From a bacterium (GTDB lineage Bacteria > UBA8248), in contig CBDBZY010000064.1 in NCBI GenBank assembly GCA_965213685.1, forward strand, positions 1,472,001 through 1,536,000: DNA of 64,000 nt, written 5' to 3'. The notes beneath the pieces are model-generated. The model saw only the letters and a list, made by a program, of their open reading frames with translations, made no database searches and was not told where the DNA came from. Positions 1 to 50,630 of this stretch are shown here, piece by piece (the first letter of the stretch is position 1; every line of letters starts with the position of its first letter). Position numbers and translations under genes: made by a program.

Positions 1-917
1 TACATCTTTTCCACTTTGAATAGAATGTGTATCTAAGCTTTGTTGTCAGATTACTGGAAACAGCATTGTGCAGATAACAAAAATGAAAAAAAAGATGTAA
101 GGATGGGGTTACTTGTGTAGTCCTCTGTGTTACCTGCACACTGCCATCCATATATCTAGTTTGTGTGGTTTTTGGCACTGCCATCCCTACATCCTTCTAC
201 ATTTTTGGAAAATGTTTTTCACACTTGTATAATGCACAATGTCATACATACAGTGAGTGAGACACATAACTTACTGCATAAAACACAAGTCATCTCAAAA
301 GATGTAACCACAGAAATGATATACATGTACAAGGCAAGTGTGATGACAGGCAACAAGGAGTTTAACATCCGCCTTTTCATCCTACAAGTTCATACACCTA
401 TAACTGCTCTTCATAATTTCCCACTGAGAAGATAGTATGAAAAATAGGAGAAATGTAACAGCAACCCTTTATTGATTCAAGAGCCTAGCGGTGTCCAAAG
501 CAGCTACAGCCACACTCAGCAGCTCGTCAAGTGGGTATAAAGTACTGCAGGCTATGTTTGATACAATTCAGTGCATACCAAACTCTGACTCATAGCAACA
601 GAGGAAAAGTGCCAAGGTACAGCACTGGAATTAGAATTGTTCCATTAAAAAAGGAACACACTTTTCTTGTGTTTCTCTCCTTTATCTTGACCTGCTCTAT
701 GAAGATATGTGACAATATCATTGTCTGACTTCGACTACAAGCAACACATGGTAGTACGCAGTATTATCAGCACAATCTAAAGATACACAAAGTCACCCCC
801 CAGCACCATTAGCAGCAGCTTATGAACGTACATGTACATGAATCTACCCATTATTCTTTTCAGTCATGTCATGCTTTACATGTACCATGTACACAGGACC
901 CATAAGAGTTCACTGAC

Positions 918-19511
<18,594 letters not shown>

Positions 19512-20364
19512 AACTACAATAAACTGTGATCCAGTATTCTACAGTGAAGTACTGAGCGACAGATAATTCGTGATTGGCAGATTGCTCAAGCTCGCTAGCT
19601 ATGCGCGATATGCAGACGTCTACGCGCGTATACGCCACTAAAGGTGCACGTGCAGCAATTACATATTACGTTTGTGCGCTAGTGCTCGCACGCGTGTACA
19701 GGAGTATACTATGTCCACAATTTGTACCTGTACCTACGCTGGGAGATTATATTTCAGCTGACTACTACTCAGAACTAAGGGCTTAGGCTGCATGTAAGTA
19801 CGTGTATGTGTACCCTGAAGGGCCACTAACATAAAAGAATGAGGGATGAGTGACTTGTTTCAGTTATGTGGTTGGTTATGTACTGCAGGACACAATGTAG
19901 CAGACAGTGGTCATGTTGCATTTGAATTCACATGCTGAGCATGTGCTTATATTTCCCATGTCATGATGAGGGCTGTGTCCCTCAATTGTCATAGCTAACT
20001 GTTTGGAATTGTATTTGTGAATCCCTCCTGTTTTATTATTTATTGACCTTGTGTTTTTGTCTTGTAACTTTTGTACTCTCTGTTGCATTGGTCTTTGTTT
20101 CCTGAGCATGTGCTTGCATTCCCGACTATCTTCATGCACTCCAACCATGGAGCAACATTATGAACCAGTAGTTGTCTTCGGGCGTAGTTGTTTACTTTGC
20201 CTTGTCTCTTTGAATGAGTTTACATGAAGGTGTAATGAGACATGAAATACCGTAAGCTCTCTATGCACTTGTGTGTATGTCCAAATATAAAAGATACACT
20301 GAATACTCACGTGTATTGTCAAGTTAGAGTATTTCAAGATAGAGTATAGTTTTTAATGCATGTA

Positions 20365-21040
20365 AGTACTTATCTCCGATAGTTTAGGCTACATCTTTCC
20401 TGCCCACAAACTCCACAGCACTAGCCATATCCTCCCATGTTGGTGGGATGTCAGTCCTGCTCAGCCGCTTGCTGCAAAGCTCCATCAAGCATTCCTAACC
20501 TCTAAGCCACTCTAATATAATATCCAGCTCTGAGATAGGGAAATCCAGGAACGTACCCATTGCTTTCCAGTACTCTGTGATGTGTGGCAGAGTTCTAGCA
20601 GCAGTTCCTTGGATGTGGGCTTTCACACCATGTAGCTGTATTTGATTTCTGAGCTTGCGGTTGTGCCTAGTACTGGTATTATTTATTGCGTTACTCCTAT
20701 AATTACACACACTTTGTAATGGGGATGTCCAGTAGCAAATAAAGACTTAATGGATAGCACACACTTGCCACATACGTAGTGCTCACCAACTTTAATTTTG
20801 TTGTATCTCCTGTCCTAACTTTGATTGTCCTATGGTACCCATTGCCTTGGCAAGTTTGTCCCAGCTAGCATTGAGATTACCGTTTCACCAGCAGTCAATC
20901 ATATCCAGTTTCTGATGAGTAAGTTCCTCTCTGTGATTAGTTTCAATTTCCCTGATTGTGTATGCTGAAAGGAAGGTGTGCAAATATTGTCAGAAGCCCC
21001 ATTCCCAGATTCCTCTCACCTCTTGCATGCTAAGACTATT
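20365..21040 (-). pseudogene. Degenerate tandem death-domain gene (two DD-like units)
   Basis: Unit 1 (about 21030-20790): IREIETNHREELTHQKLDMIDCW*NGNLNASWDKLAKAMGTIGQSKLGQEIQ. Unit 2 (about 20625-20365): KPTSKELLLEL, frameshift, ITEYWKAMGTFLDFPISELDII..*ECLMELCSKRLSRTDIPPTWEDMASAVEFVGRKDVA*TIGDKY. This matches the invertebrate death-domain pattern W..LG..L..LD.I..L..WL..PTW..L..A, with in-frame stops. Confidence 0.75.
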
Positions 21041-21663
21041 GTAGTACTCTTTAGCAAGGGTCATGCAAGATATCATTCATGAGAGAAGACCCTGGGAATG
21101 TGATTTTCATTATGCTGATATGAAGCGTTGCATGGCATGTAGCAAAAACTACGCAGTGCATACATGTATAAATCAGAGCATAAAAATTGTGCAACACCAA
21201 ATAATCTGGGCAAAACTACATCACAAAGATTCTCTGGTCTAGTTCAGTAAAGCACTGATATCACTATACTGCAAAATTGTGCTGTGGCTTATGTTCATTG
21301 TGGACATTAAAAGTTGAGGCAGTAGGAACGCTATCTGATCATTGTTTTGCCAGTCAGTGTGTTAGGGTCAAAGTGTCAATCCCCAGCTGGCTCTGTACTG
21401 ATTAATCAACAAAGAAAGTGCCATCTCATATATTTAGTGTTGATTGAACTAAAGATATTTGTAGACTAAACACATACTGCATGCTCAATGTGCTGCAAGG
21501 AATGTAGATGTAGGGTGGCTACACATTTACCCAGTTATATTGTGCTGGATTGTGGTTTGTAGAGTGGCATTGGCCATCTTATACCATTCTGTTTCAGTTA
21601 TGTTACAGTAACTGTTCATGGAGCATAAAAAACGAGGTTGCTGGATCATGAACCAGTGATGCA

Positions 21664-21860
21664 TGTCACCGGAATTTTGGTCCGGGCGATTTCGGTCCGG
21701 GCGGACCAAAATCTCTGATATTGTTCCGAATTTGTACCGGACTGTTATCTCCAATGCGGACCATTTCATCTAGCGCACAATTTCAGTCCCCCGGACCAAT
21801 ATCCCTGGGGATTTAGGTCCTCCGGACCAAAATTTCTGGCCGACCAAAATCTCGGTGACA
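21664..21860. mobile_element. MITE with TGTCACCG ends and internal GGACCAAAAT repeats
   Basis: Terminal inverted repeats plus internal sub-repeats; superfamily not assigned. Confidence 0.6.
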
Positions 21861-21953
21861 TGCATTATAAATCTATAGGTGTAAAAACAAGATATGGGTG
21901 GGATGAGACAGAGAGCGCAGATCGAAACGTGTAGGTGCTATGCCGGTCTACTA

Positions 21954-22098
21954 TAGTCTCGCAAGCCAGCCGTATTTTTCCCGCGAGCGAACGGAATAAA
22001 GCGGAGGAAAACGGAAAATTGAGAAGGGAAAATCCCTTCGCATTTTTCCGTTTTCCTCCGCTTCTTCCGTGGAAAAATACGGCTGTCTTGCAAGACTA
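21954..22098. mobile_element. Small TAGTCT...AGACTA MITE upstream of SDA1
   Basis: TIR TAGTCTCGCAAGCCAGCCGTATTTTTCC; no clean TSD seen. Confidence 0.65.
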
Positions 22099-22405
22099 GA
22101 TACGGCAAAACGAACTCGGAGCAACACCACGCCCCCCTCCACGTGTAAGAAGTGCTCATTAATTAGAGACCACCTACGATTAGAGTGAAGTTGTTTTGCT
22201 GGATCTTGGGTACGTTCTGCTATAGCGGCCAGTTAGGAGGTGGTTCTTTTTTCTGGCTGCTTACGTTCATTATGCAAGTTAGCGCATACATGACCAGGGT
22301 GGCTATGAGATGCAATTATACATAACATGTACATGTACATGTACATAACACGAACTTCCATAAGAAAAGTTGTACGTTGTCGTTCACAGCGTCCAGTGGG
22401 TTGGG

Positions 22406-41181
<18,776 letters not shown>

Positions 41182-42382
41182 TTTGTGTATTAGATCATTT
41201 CAGACTTGTTCATGCTTTTCTCAGACAAATGCTATCATGTGCGTAATGTATTGGGCATGTGGTATGTGGAATTCACAATATTCAGTTCTTTTAGCATGCT
41301 TTGACAAATATGTCTACTTCTCGTGACTGTATTAGTTAGTAGTTACATGGTATGTGCAGCCAGGTACCTAGGTACTGTCCGGGGAAGTATATACGTACAT
41401 TGTGGTTCTCAGAACTTGTACACATAGTGTAGCTTCAGCTGGATAAGTACCTCATCTGTTCATCTAATCTTTGCTGCCAGAAAGTAGTAGCACATAACAA
41501 AACACTAGTCTTGCTTTAGTTGTTTAGGTAAGTTTCAGTTTGATATTAGCTTTCAGGTTTCCCTGTGAGGGTGACACAAGTGGAAGGTTCCATCCAGAGC
41601 ACTGAACAGGGGTCCATTGACTAGAAGTCCAGTCGCCAAGCACCAAGCCATTACTCCAGGCAAAGGTTTGTTTCCCCATTTTTCATTTGACATTGTGCTT
41701 ATGTGAAGAATGGAGAGGCAAAATGTTGTCCAGAGTAATGGCTTGGTGTTCATAAGGAGGAATTGGGACACAAACTTGTCTGGAGTAGTGGCTTGGTGTT
41801 TGGTGCACTGGACTCCTATATAGTCACTGTGCTCAGGTTTGATGTTCCGGATGGAAGTTTGTCAATTTTTCCATTCTTTCTTTTTCCACCTGTGTCACCA
41901 ACGATAATTCCATCACCAAGTAATGATGTCCACTATGTCACTATGTACCCGTGAGGGCAATATAACCACTCAAATCCAAAAGAATGGTGCCTAGGAAAGC
42001 CTAAGTGGGTTATGTAAGTACTGGTTAGTGGGCCGGGTGAATAGAGTTGATTAAGTACATATATGTACATGTACCCCTTGAAGTGATGCATTCTGGCCAT
42101 TTCACCCATGGGCTGAGGGTACCATTTCAGTTACATGCAAGATGTGAACATGCATGGGGATCAACTGTTATACAATATTTGTGAAATAAGTTGCCAGAGA
42201 TGGGCCAGTTGGCACACACAATTAACTTGAACTTGATGCCCTTTGTTGACTAGGAGGGTGAATATCCTTTAACATAATTATGCTACCTGAACTGTTTATG
42301 TACATGTATATACATGTACTTTCACAGTGTTCCCTCTTGACATAGATAATTGTCGTGTGTGTTTAGACATAAAAAATAGTTG

Positions 42383-43328
42383 AAACTGTATAGGCTCATT
42401 GCTACGTATAGTTTACTAGTTTCAAAGTTAATGAACTTTGCATAGCAGAAGAAACAGGACATTTCGGTCCGTAGACCTTCCTTAGCTGAATACAATAACT
42501 AATATAATGGATCAGTTTCCTAGGGTATGTGTGTGATGCTGAGAGCAGGATGGAGGAACTTGAACATCTAAGGAGAGTTTTTCATGCTAACAGGTACCCT
42601 AGGAAATTGATCCAAAGCACCTTGAACCAACCACCCCATGTCCCTCATGATCTGGTTCAAACTATGGAGCCACAAACAAAGCTAAAGACACTATGTCTAC
42701 TCTATGTTAGACATCTCTCTGAAGAGATTCAGAGACTATGCAAGGATCTAGACATAAGGGTAGTCTTCAGACCATGTAACAGCTCCTCACAAAAGTGAAG
42801 ACCCCAACACTGGACGAGAAGAAAACTGGGGTGATCTATGAGATTCCCTGTTTGGACAGTGAGACAATATACATTGGGGAGACAGGAAGATATATGGGGA
42901 AGAGGATGCTTGAACACAGGAGAGCAGTGAGGAATGGAGACAGGACCAATGGAGTGGAAGTGCATGCATGGGATTAGAGCCATAGAGTTAACTGGACAGG
43001 TGTCAAGATAAGAGAGGTTGAAACACGCTCATGGACATTGGAGGCAGTACATATCCAAACCCAACCCCATACCAGTAACCTTGATTGTGGACTCTCTCTC
43101 AATGATGTATGGTTACCATTGATTCGCAATGAATAGGCATGCCCCTAGGTGTTGCTTATTTTGGTCATCATTGGTATCTGTTCATTATGTTACGTCATTT
43201 CTGTGTCATGGTTATACTTAATCTTGTTTCATTGCTAGTTATTGTATTCAGCTAAGGAAGGTCTCTGGACCAAAACATCCTGTTTCTATTAAGTTTTCTG
43301 CTATGCAAAGTTCATTAACTTTGAAACT
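42383..43328 (+). mobile_element. 5'-truncated Penelope-like element (GIY-YIG endonuclease) with inverted pseudo-LTRs
   Basis: GVIYEIPCLDSETIYIGETGR..KRMLEHRRAV..HAWD is a GIY-YIG motif. Inverted repeats lie at about 42418-42500 and 43237-43328. It is flanked by AT(A/C)AAAAATAGTTG duplication, and the paralog at about 60755 shows the empty site. Confidence 0.85.
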
Positions 43329-43647
43329 ATCAAAAATAGTTGTTTAGGCTGAAAATGGGGTTTCATGGAAGTATTTTAGTCCTGGAACAAATCAATTGTT
43401 GCACTGTGTTTGAAGTCCTGCTACATGCACACCCTTGGCACTGCTTCTTTTATACATGTAATAATATACTATACTTATAACTGCAGTGAAAATAGGGTGT
43501 TTAGCATCATTGATAGTTTTGGGGTAGTGTATGTTGAAAAGTATACATCTGATACTTTACTGCATAATGATTTACAAGAGTGCAGTTAAATGAACTACAG
43601 TACATAATTTACAAAACCTGTAATATCATGACACTTGTAGTGGGTGG

Positions 43648-46600
43648 TCAACAGTCAACACCAAGCATAGTTCTATGGCTGTAGCGTTCCGAGGGATAGA
43701 GGGTATAGTAGAAGGCTAGCTCATCGTACCATGCCCCTAGTAGTTTCACCTTCTCTCTTGAAGGCAGCTGATCATAGTAGTGCTGTAGGAGTTGGGCTGT
43801 CTGGCTTTCAGGGCTGTGCAGACTCTCATCTCGATAGTAGAGTGGATTCATTCCGAGTTTCTTGATCAATGCTTGAGCATCACGAGAAAATGTCTTGAAG
43901 TTGCCATAAAAATCATATTGTATTAGACATGGATGGCATATGTCCATTGAGGGACGAAAATGCTCATTTAGTTCTTCCTTTTCCATGTCTATCAAATACT
44001 GCACAAATTCAGAAAAGGTAACATTGAGATCAGCCCTCTTAGGCTTGGAGGCTGCCTGCCAACTGAGGTAGTCAGTTAGTCGATACCGTAGGAGAATGTC
44101 TTTCTTAATTTTGTGAGGAAATGAATCCTGCTTTTCATAGTCCAAAGGTGGTTCAATCTTGTTTCGATAGCCAGACACAAGTCTTTCTAAAGGGTTACGA
44201 ACCATCATAAACTTGTAGTAGCCTTGTATCATATTTGCACGTTGCACTTTGGTGAGGGTTGCGTTCTTGAGAGAAGCGTGCTTGAGTGCTGGTTCAATAT
44301 AAGTTCTATCATTCACCCATCGCCACTCAACAGTACTGAAGGGGAGATGGCCCCCCATGTACAGCATGAGCCGTTTCATATTGGTACAGCCAATCTGTGG
44401 TAGAGAGAGGGGACAGGTGGATGAGTACTCACTCTTACATATGTACATGTACATTAAAACCCAGCTGGTTTTAAGCTACATGTACATAGCTGCCATCTCC
44501 ACGTACATGTAGGTTTCTCAACATAGTCACACTCATAGGGCTATGTATTGCCAGAGAAGTACATGCACATCTATCACATGGAGAAGCTACACATGTGATA
44601 ACAGTGCAGGATAGTCACACACTGGATGCGGGTTGGAGTGTGACAGAGTGCACAATATATGTGAGGTGTAACCTCATACCCAGGCCCCTCCCTCGTGGGA
44701 GGGGCCTGGGTACGAAGCTAACATGAAGTGCTGCAATTATTTACAAAATCATTCCTTTAATGGTTTCCTGTTGTAACATGTCAGGGCTTCCTCCTTAGCA
44801 TAATTCTGGAAATTTCCCAGTGAGGTGGTATGCATGGACACCTGCAAATATTCATCACTGCATGCAAGTGGCAATGCAGTTTTTCCCTTCCCACAGTGTT
44901 GCATAAACATGTATGCATGTGTGCGAGTAACTCTGCAGAACCCAACATCTGATTGTATTTGTGATTTTGTCGCAGGATGACTAACTGGTGTATTAGCAGC
45001 TGGTGGATGAAGCCACGGTGAGGAAAAGCACCCCCAGGCTCAAATCCAGCCCAAGTAGGAAGAAGGTAACAAGAAGTATATTGTAACTCAAGACAGCAGT
45101 GGGATAAGGAAGAGGTCACACTTCAGAGGAGAGCCACTGAGCCAGGAAAGAGAAACATTTGGCCTATAATGCTATACATGAAGACGATCACAATGAGTGT
45201 ATGTACTGAGACATCAGAGAGGAGTGAAGTACATGTATTCTAGTACTGAAATGTCAGTGTAGAGCAGTGTCAACTGAGACCACACCTCTACAACACATTC
45301 CGCCATTCCGTGTACTACATGTACATGGGCTGGCTGTCATCCGGTGGCCATAGCTCAGGTGGTAAAGCACTGACAGCTTAAGTCAGAGGCCCCCGGTTCA
45401 ATCCCAGGTGGCTGCTGGTTTTCACAGTTTGAGACTAGACAAGCAAAGCAACTACGCCTGAAGACAACTCCCTTTTTCTCCAGAGAAAAAGAAGAGCTGC
45501 CTCAGGCGGGACTCGAACCCACGACATTCTGCATACCGGGCAGACACTCTATCAACTGAGCCACGGAGGCAGCTCAGCTGGGCAGGCCGAATCTTTACAA
45601 AGGCAAAGTCGTCTCTTCCCTGATAAACAGGGTAACTCTAACGCATGTACGGCATATATGTACTATACAGTTTTTGCAAGTATAGCAATGTTCAGACAGT
45701 AGTTGATGGCCTCTAGCACACTTGGAGATGTTCAGCCACACTCGACAGGTAGCCCACACACTACAGACCCAAGAAGGACACCTACTCCTCCGTATCCTTC
45801 ACATACATGTCCATGAACCTCACCATGGAGAACACAATGAACAGCCTACTGTGAATACATGATACCGTCATGCTCAGTTTGCTAACAGTAGTGGCTACAT
45901 TGATGTTTCCAAGTGCCAAATCAATATGTGCTATATACTCCACATGTCAACATACTTGCCACATGAGCACATGGACCATGAAGTACACTTGAATGAGCTC
46001 GTGCTGGACCAACAGACAGACGTACATGTGTGATACAGCAAGAGGTACAGCAGAGACATACACACGAACCAATACACACACAGACATGTGAAGAGTAAGC
46101 CATAACACTACATGTACACAACTGAGAAGTGAGATATACTCACCCACCATAGCAATGCTGCCATTGACCACACACCCATTGTCCTGGGCAAAGCATCCAG
46201 ATAAACACATGCTGGACTCCACTAACCCACCTGCAATCACCCCCTTACTGGTACCTTCTCTATCATCTTCCCAACACCAGAAGCTCTTCTGATCCCCAGC
46301 CAAGGACTCAGGAAAAAAACTGGCCAGTGAAAGCTTTCCTTCCATACGTTTTATACTTCCTCCTTTCCCACATACTAACAACTGAGAAGTAATTAAAATA
46401 TGGAGTGGTATTTGATATGTAGTGCTAGAGTTGATGAAGGTTCTGGGGCTGAAATGCTTGTAAAACTGTTCTATGTCAAAGCTCAAATTACTTATCAAAA
46501 CAGAGACAGACAGGGAGGTAGACAGACAGACAGGTAAGCTAACTAGGTCACCCATCTCAAGCTGGTGTAGCCACATTCTCAGCACATTCATTGCCTACAA

Positions 46601-47620
46601 ATAGACAGACAGACAGACAGACAGATGAATGGATAGACAGATAGACAGACACAAACTGACAGACAGACAGACAGGCTCAAGGTGTTTTACTACAAATGCT
46701 AATACCAACCTTTTGTACAAAGCAGTACATGGAGCGAGTATGCTCCTCAAATATGAGGTGTCGATAGAAGAGTTTGGCTGCATGAGTGTCCACAGGGAAG
46801 TGCTGCTCTCCAGGGAAGAAGTGCTTATGACAGAGCTTCCTGATGCGCTGCTTTTGAAACTGAGGAAAAGTTGCGAGAAAAGGGTGAGACAGGGGCAGTT
46901 GAGGAATTACATATAATAATTATGACAAATGTAGGGGGAAAAGAGAGAAATGTAATGAACACAGAAACTGCATGAGGAATAATATACTACGTGAAATTGT
47001 TAAATGAACTGCAGCATGGAACAAACAGGTGTGGTGCATGGTGGATATGATGAATAAAGACATGATTGTACATGTATGTTATAGGGAATACAGGCAATCA
47101 GGCACAATCAACAAGCAATGTTTGCTGGCCATTTGGTACATGTACATGTACATGTACATAGTATGTTCTCATGTGGCAGAGTGATGTTCCACTTGTAGAA
47201 TGCTAATGAGCCTACATACACAATAAATAGTAACCTAGCAGTTGACCAACATGTACATGTACATGTACACGTGCATGTATGTACATGTATATATGTATCC
47301 ACATCCCGCATCTCATGTTGGGTCAAAGATTATAGATGCATGTATATGCATGTACATGACAGACATCCATAGCTCATAACAAGAGAAGAGACATGAGGGC
47401 TCTCAAAAGGGAATAGCCAACAGTACCTGTGCTATTCGTATGCAGGTATGTTGATGGGTATGTATATCCATAATTCTCCAGCATGCTTGAGATGACCTGT
47501 TTAGCTACTGAACATATCCACTCATTACCACACTCACTTTCCCTCTGATGTCAATGTCTGGGTGCTCAGACAGTCTTAGCGTCTCCTCATCCACCTCCTG
47601 CCCCAGGACAGACGCCAGTG
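43648..47620 (-). CDS. Carbohydrate sulfotransferase (Sulfotransfer_2 family, CHST8-14-like), copy 1
   Basis: Exons 47620-47538, 46859-46710 (..MYCFVQK) and 44394-43648 (IGCTNMKR..KFMMVRNPLERLVSGYRNK..FSEFVQYL..NEHFRP..CHPCLIQYDFYG). These contain the 5'-PSB and 3'-PB PAPS-binding motifs. Possible further 5' exons at 50307-50285 and near 52123-52250 are low confidence. Confidence 0.9.
44669..44720. mobile_element. 52-bp palindromic mini-element
   Basis: TAACCTCATACCCAGGCCCCTCCC-TCGT-GGGAGGGGCCTGGGTACGAAGCTA with a degenerate 9-10 bp TSD; absent at the paralogous site at about 62040-62055. Confidence 0.75.
45328..45640. mobile_element. Tail-to-tail pair of tRNA-derived SINE-like repeats
   Basis: Plus-strand family B head followed by a minus-strand family A copy; absent from the paralog at about 62730. 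Confidence 0.7.
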
Positions 47621-50329
47621 CTACATGGACAAGAAAAACCACACGTGCACATGTCAGGTACATGTACATACGTATGTGCACAACACAGGTGTACATTTCT
47701 TCTAGGCATGCATTCCACGTGCACATTATTGTTATCATTCACTCTGAGAGACTGGACTCGGAACTGTATCATGTGTATATATGCGCCATAAAGTGTGCAT
47801 TCCTGAGTCCAGCATCTCACACTGTCCCTCACCACACAGTTCTGAGATACTGCAGATGTATAGTGTACAATGTATGCATGTCAGAGAGCGTGTTGACCCT
47901 GAGGTGTTGAGGAATTTGCTCCCCTATAGACCTATTGCCCCTAAAGGTATTCATCCTGTCAGACAACTCGTAACAGAAGTGCTACAGATGTGGCCCAGTC
48001 TGGCCTCCTCCTCTGCCTAACCACCTGCTATGGCCAGTGCACAGTCCATACAGAGGGTATAAAAGTACCCCATAGAGTGACACAGATTCCAAGAAATGTG
48101 ACATCATGAGCCAGTAAGGAATGCATGTACATGTACATGTCTTATGTTATCAAATCAGTTGACTACAGACCCACTGTACTGCAAGCAGTACTGCCAGAGA
48201 CAAATGAGTGCAGCACAGTTATGGCAACTAGTAAGGATACATGTACATGTACAAGGAGTTTTGTAGATGCTATTTGGGGAAAGAAAGGATTAAATCTTGG
48301 TTAGGGAAATATATGCAAACCAAACAAACTATCCACATACTTACATGCACAGAGTGTATACATAGCTGAACCAACTTGTTGGACTGGCAGATATTATGTG
48401 TGGGTGTCAGAATTGGGGCCAAGGTCCTTGCAGGGCTATTGTAAGTACACGTATGTAAGTACATGTATGTTACGTATGAGCTCATACAGAATTCAAGCCA
48501 ACTAGTAAAGAGCTTGACATATTCCAGAACCATCCAACATACATGTAACTGTTGTGTCATAGTAGGAGTAATCCAGCCAGCTATAGTTTGAGGGTTCATG
48601 TGTGTGTATATGTACATGTGACTACTACAGGTATTGTTCACAGTCAGCATGTGACTTGCACACAAGATTACAATCTCCAGCTAAAAACCATATAGCAACA
48701 GTTACTGTACAAGCTACATGTTATTAAGTGTCAGATGAACACAACCAGTTTTGCATGTACATGCAGATGACTACAGATGGAACACCATTGTTGCAATACT
48801 CCAGGAGTTCATACTGCCTTTCATACAGTACATTGTAGCATTCCTTTATGGCTAAGGTGCACATAGTACATGTACATGTACGTACATCTAGCTACATGTA
48901 ATTGTCAGTTTAAGATATGACTTGCAACAGGTAGTGACCTGCCCAGGCAGGTACTAATTGAATACTTGAGCAGTCCAATGCACCACAAAACATCACAGTG
49001 ACAACCACACGAATGTTGCCCGCATACCTACATGCCTAGCTCACAAGACAAAATATCAACACTGCATAGGGCACTGGTCCCCCCCCCCCTTGGTGACACA
49101 GCCAATGAGCTGTGATACTAGGCCCATACAGGGGTAGGCAAGGTGACCTGTCCAGGAATAATGCTCCTGGCATGAGGCCAAGTGCCACACATTGTGCTAT
49201 TGGGACTGACAGAAGACAAAAAGCCAAATAAGCCAAAAGTCACTTCACAATAAGGCAGGGACCTCCAAACACACATACCCTTGCATGCTAATAACATTTG
49301 GGAAGCAGCAGATGTAAACAACCAGGAAAAATATCGTGTACATCATGCTTCTGTATACATGTAGTACTCCTGAATTGCAGTTTTCTTCTTCTTATGATGC
49401 CTATCTCACAACTGGAAAGGTTCCATGCATGCATGTGCCTGGAAATCAAATGAACTATGGCTATGTCATGCTTCATTCCAATCTCCTTATGGTAAGAAAC
49501 CTTTGGCCCTACTTGGCAGACACCACTGGATGACTTGTGTTGTAGCTGTGCTTCTGAGGTCTTCACATCATCTTGTATAGAACTACAGGAATCATGAGCC
49601 TACTACAGTGTACATGATTAAATCTATGAGACCTATTCAATACAAAACAAGGCAACACAACAACACCACCTGAGACCGGCTCACTTCTTCCTTTTGAGAG
49701 AAAAAGAAGAGCTGCCTCAGGTGGGATTTGAACCCACGCACCTCTGTGGTCACATGCATAAGTTAGAATTAGCCCGTTCATCAGGCTGGATGTACATTGT
49801 ATATGCTTGCCTTGCCTTACCTTGCCTATATACTGTAGATTTGAACCCAGCCGACTGGGCTGCCTCAGTAGCTCAGTTAGCAGAGCACTGTACTAGTAAC
49901 CCGGTGGTCACGGGTTTGAATCCTGTCTGAGGCAGCTCAGTGTTTTTTTTCAATGTCTGCCTTCAGACTTTGCCTTACTTGATTTCCCTTGTTGCATATA
50001 CATGTACGAGATTGATCATGTATATGGACCCATTTCCTTGAAATAAGCAATGGTTTAGAGATACATGTATGTACATGTACAATGTGCACATGTACATCCA
50101 ATCATTACTCCATGTCAGCATACTTTCTCTGAGTGTATGACTCATACCTCTACCAGCAGGTAAGTGTACTAAATGCATTGTTATACCACTCAATCTTGAA
50201 TGATTGTTGCATGCTCCTGCAAACACAATGAACTGGAGGTGCCTCCCCCAGGTATCAGGTCAACCCTTGCACTACCAGACTCACAGTGTGCATTATCCAA
50301 GAACACCCTGAAGATGGTAAAATAAAAGG

Positions 50330-50560
<231 letters not shown>

Positions 50561-50630
50561 AGGGGGTGCATTCAGAAGTACTGAATCCCCTCCACTATGT
50601 AATCACATTCCAAATGCTGCCACGTTCAAG

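Noticed and set aside
1-917. Terminal C2 exon(s) of the minus-strand gene
   Set aside because: Phase-1 acceptors tested gave short peptides without a convincing C2 continuation; the end probably lies outside the window or is unresolved.
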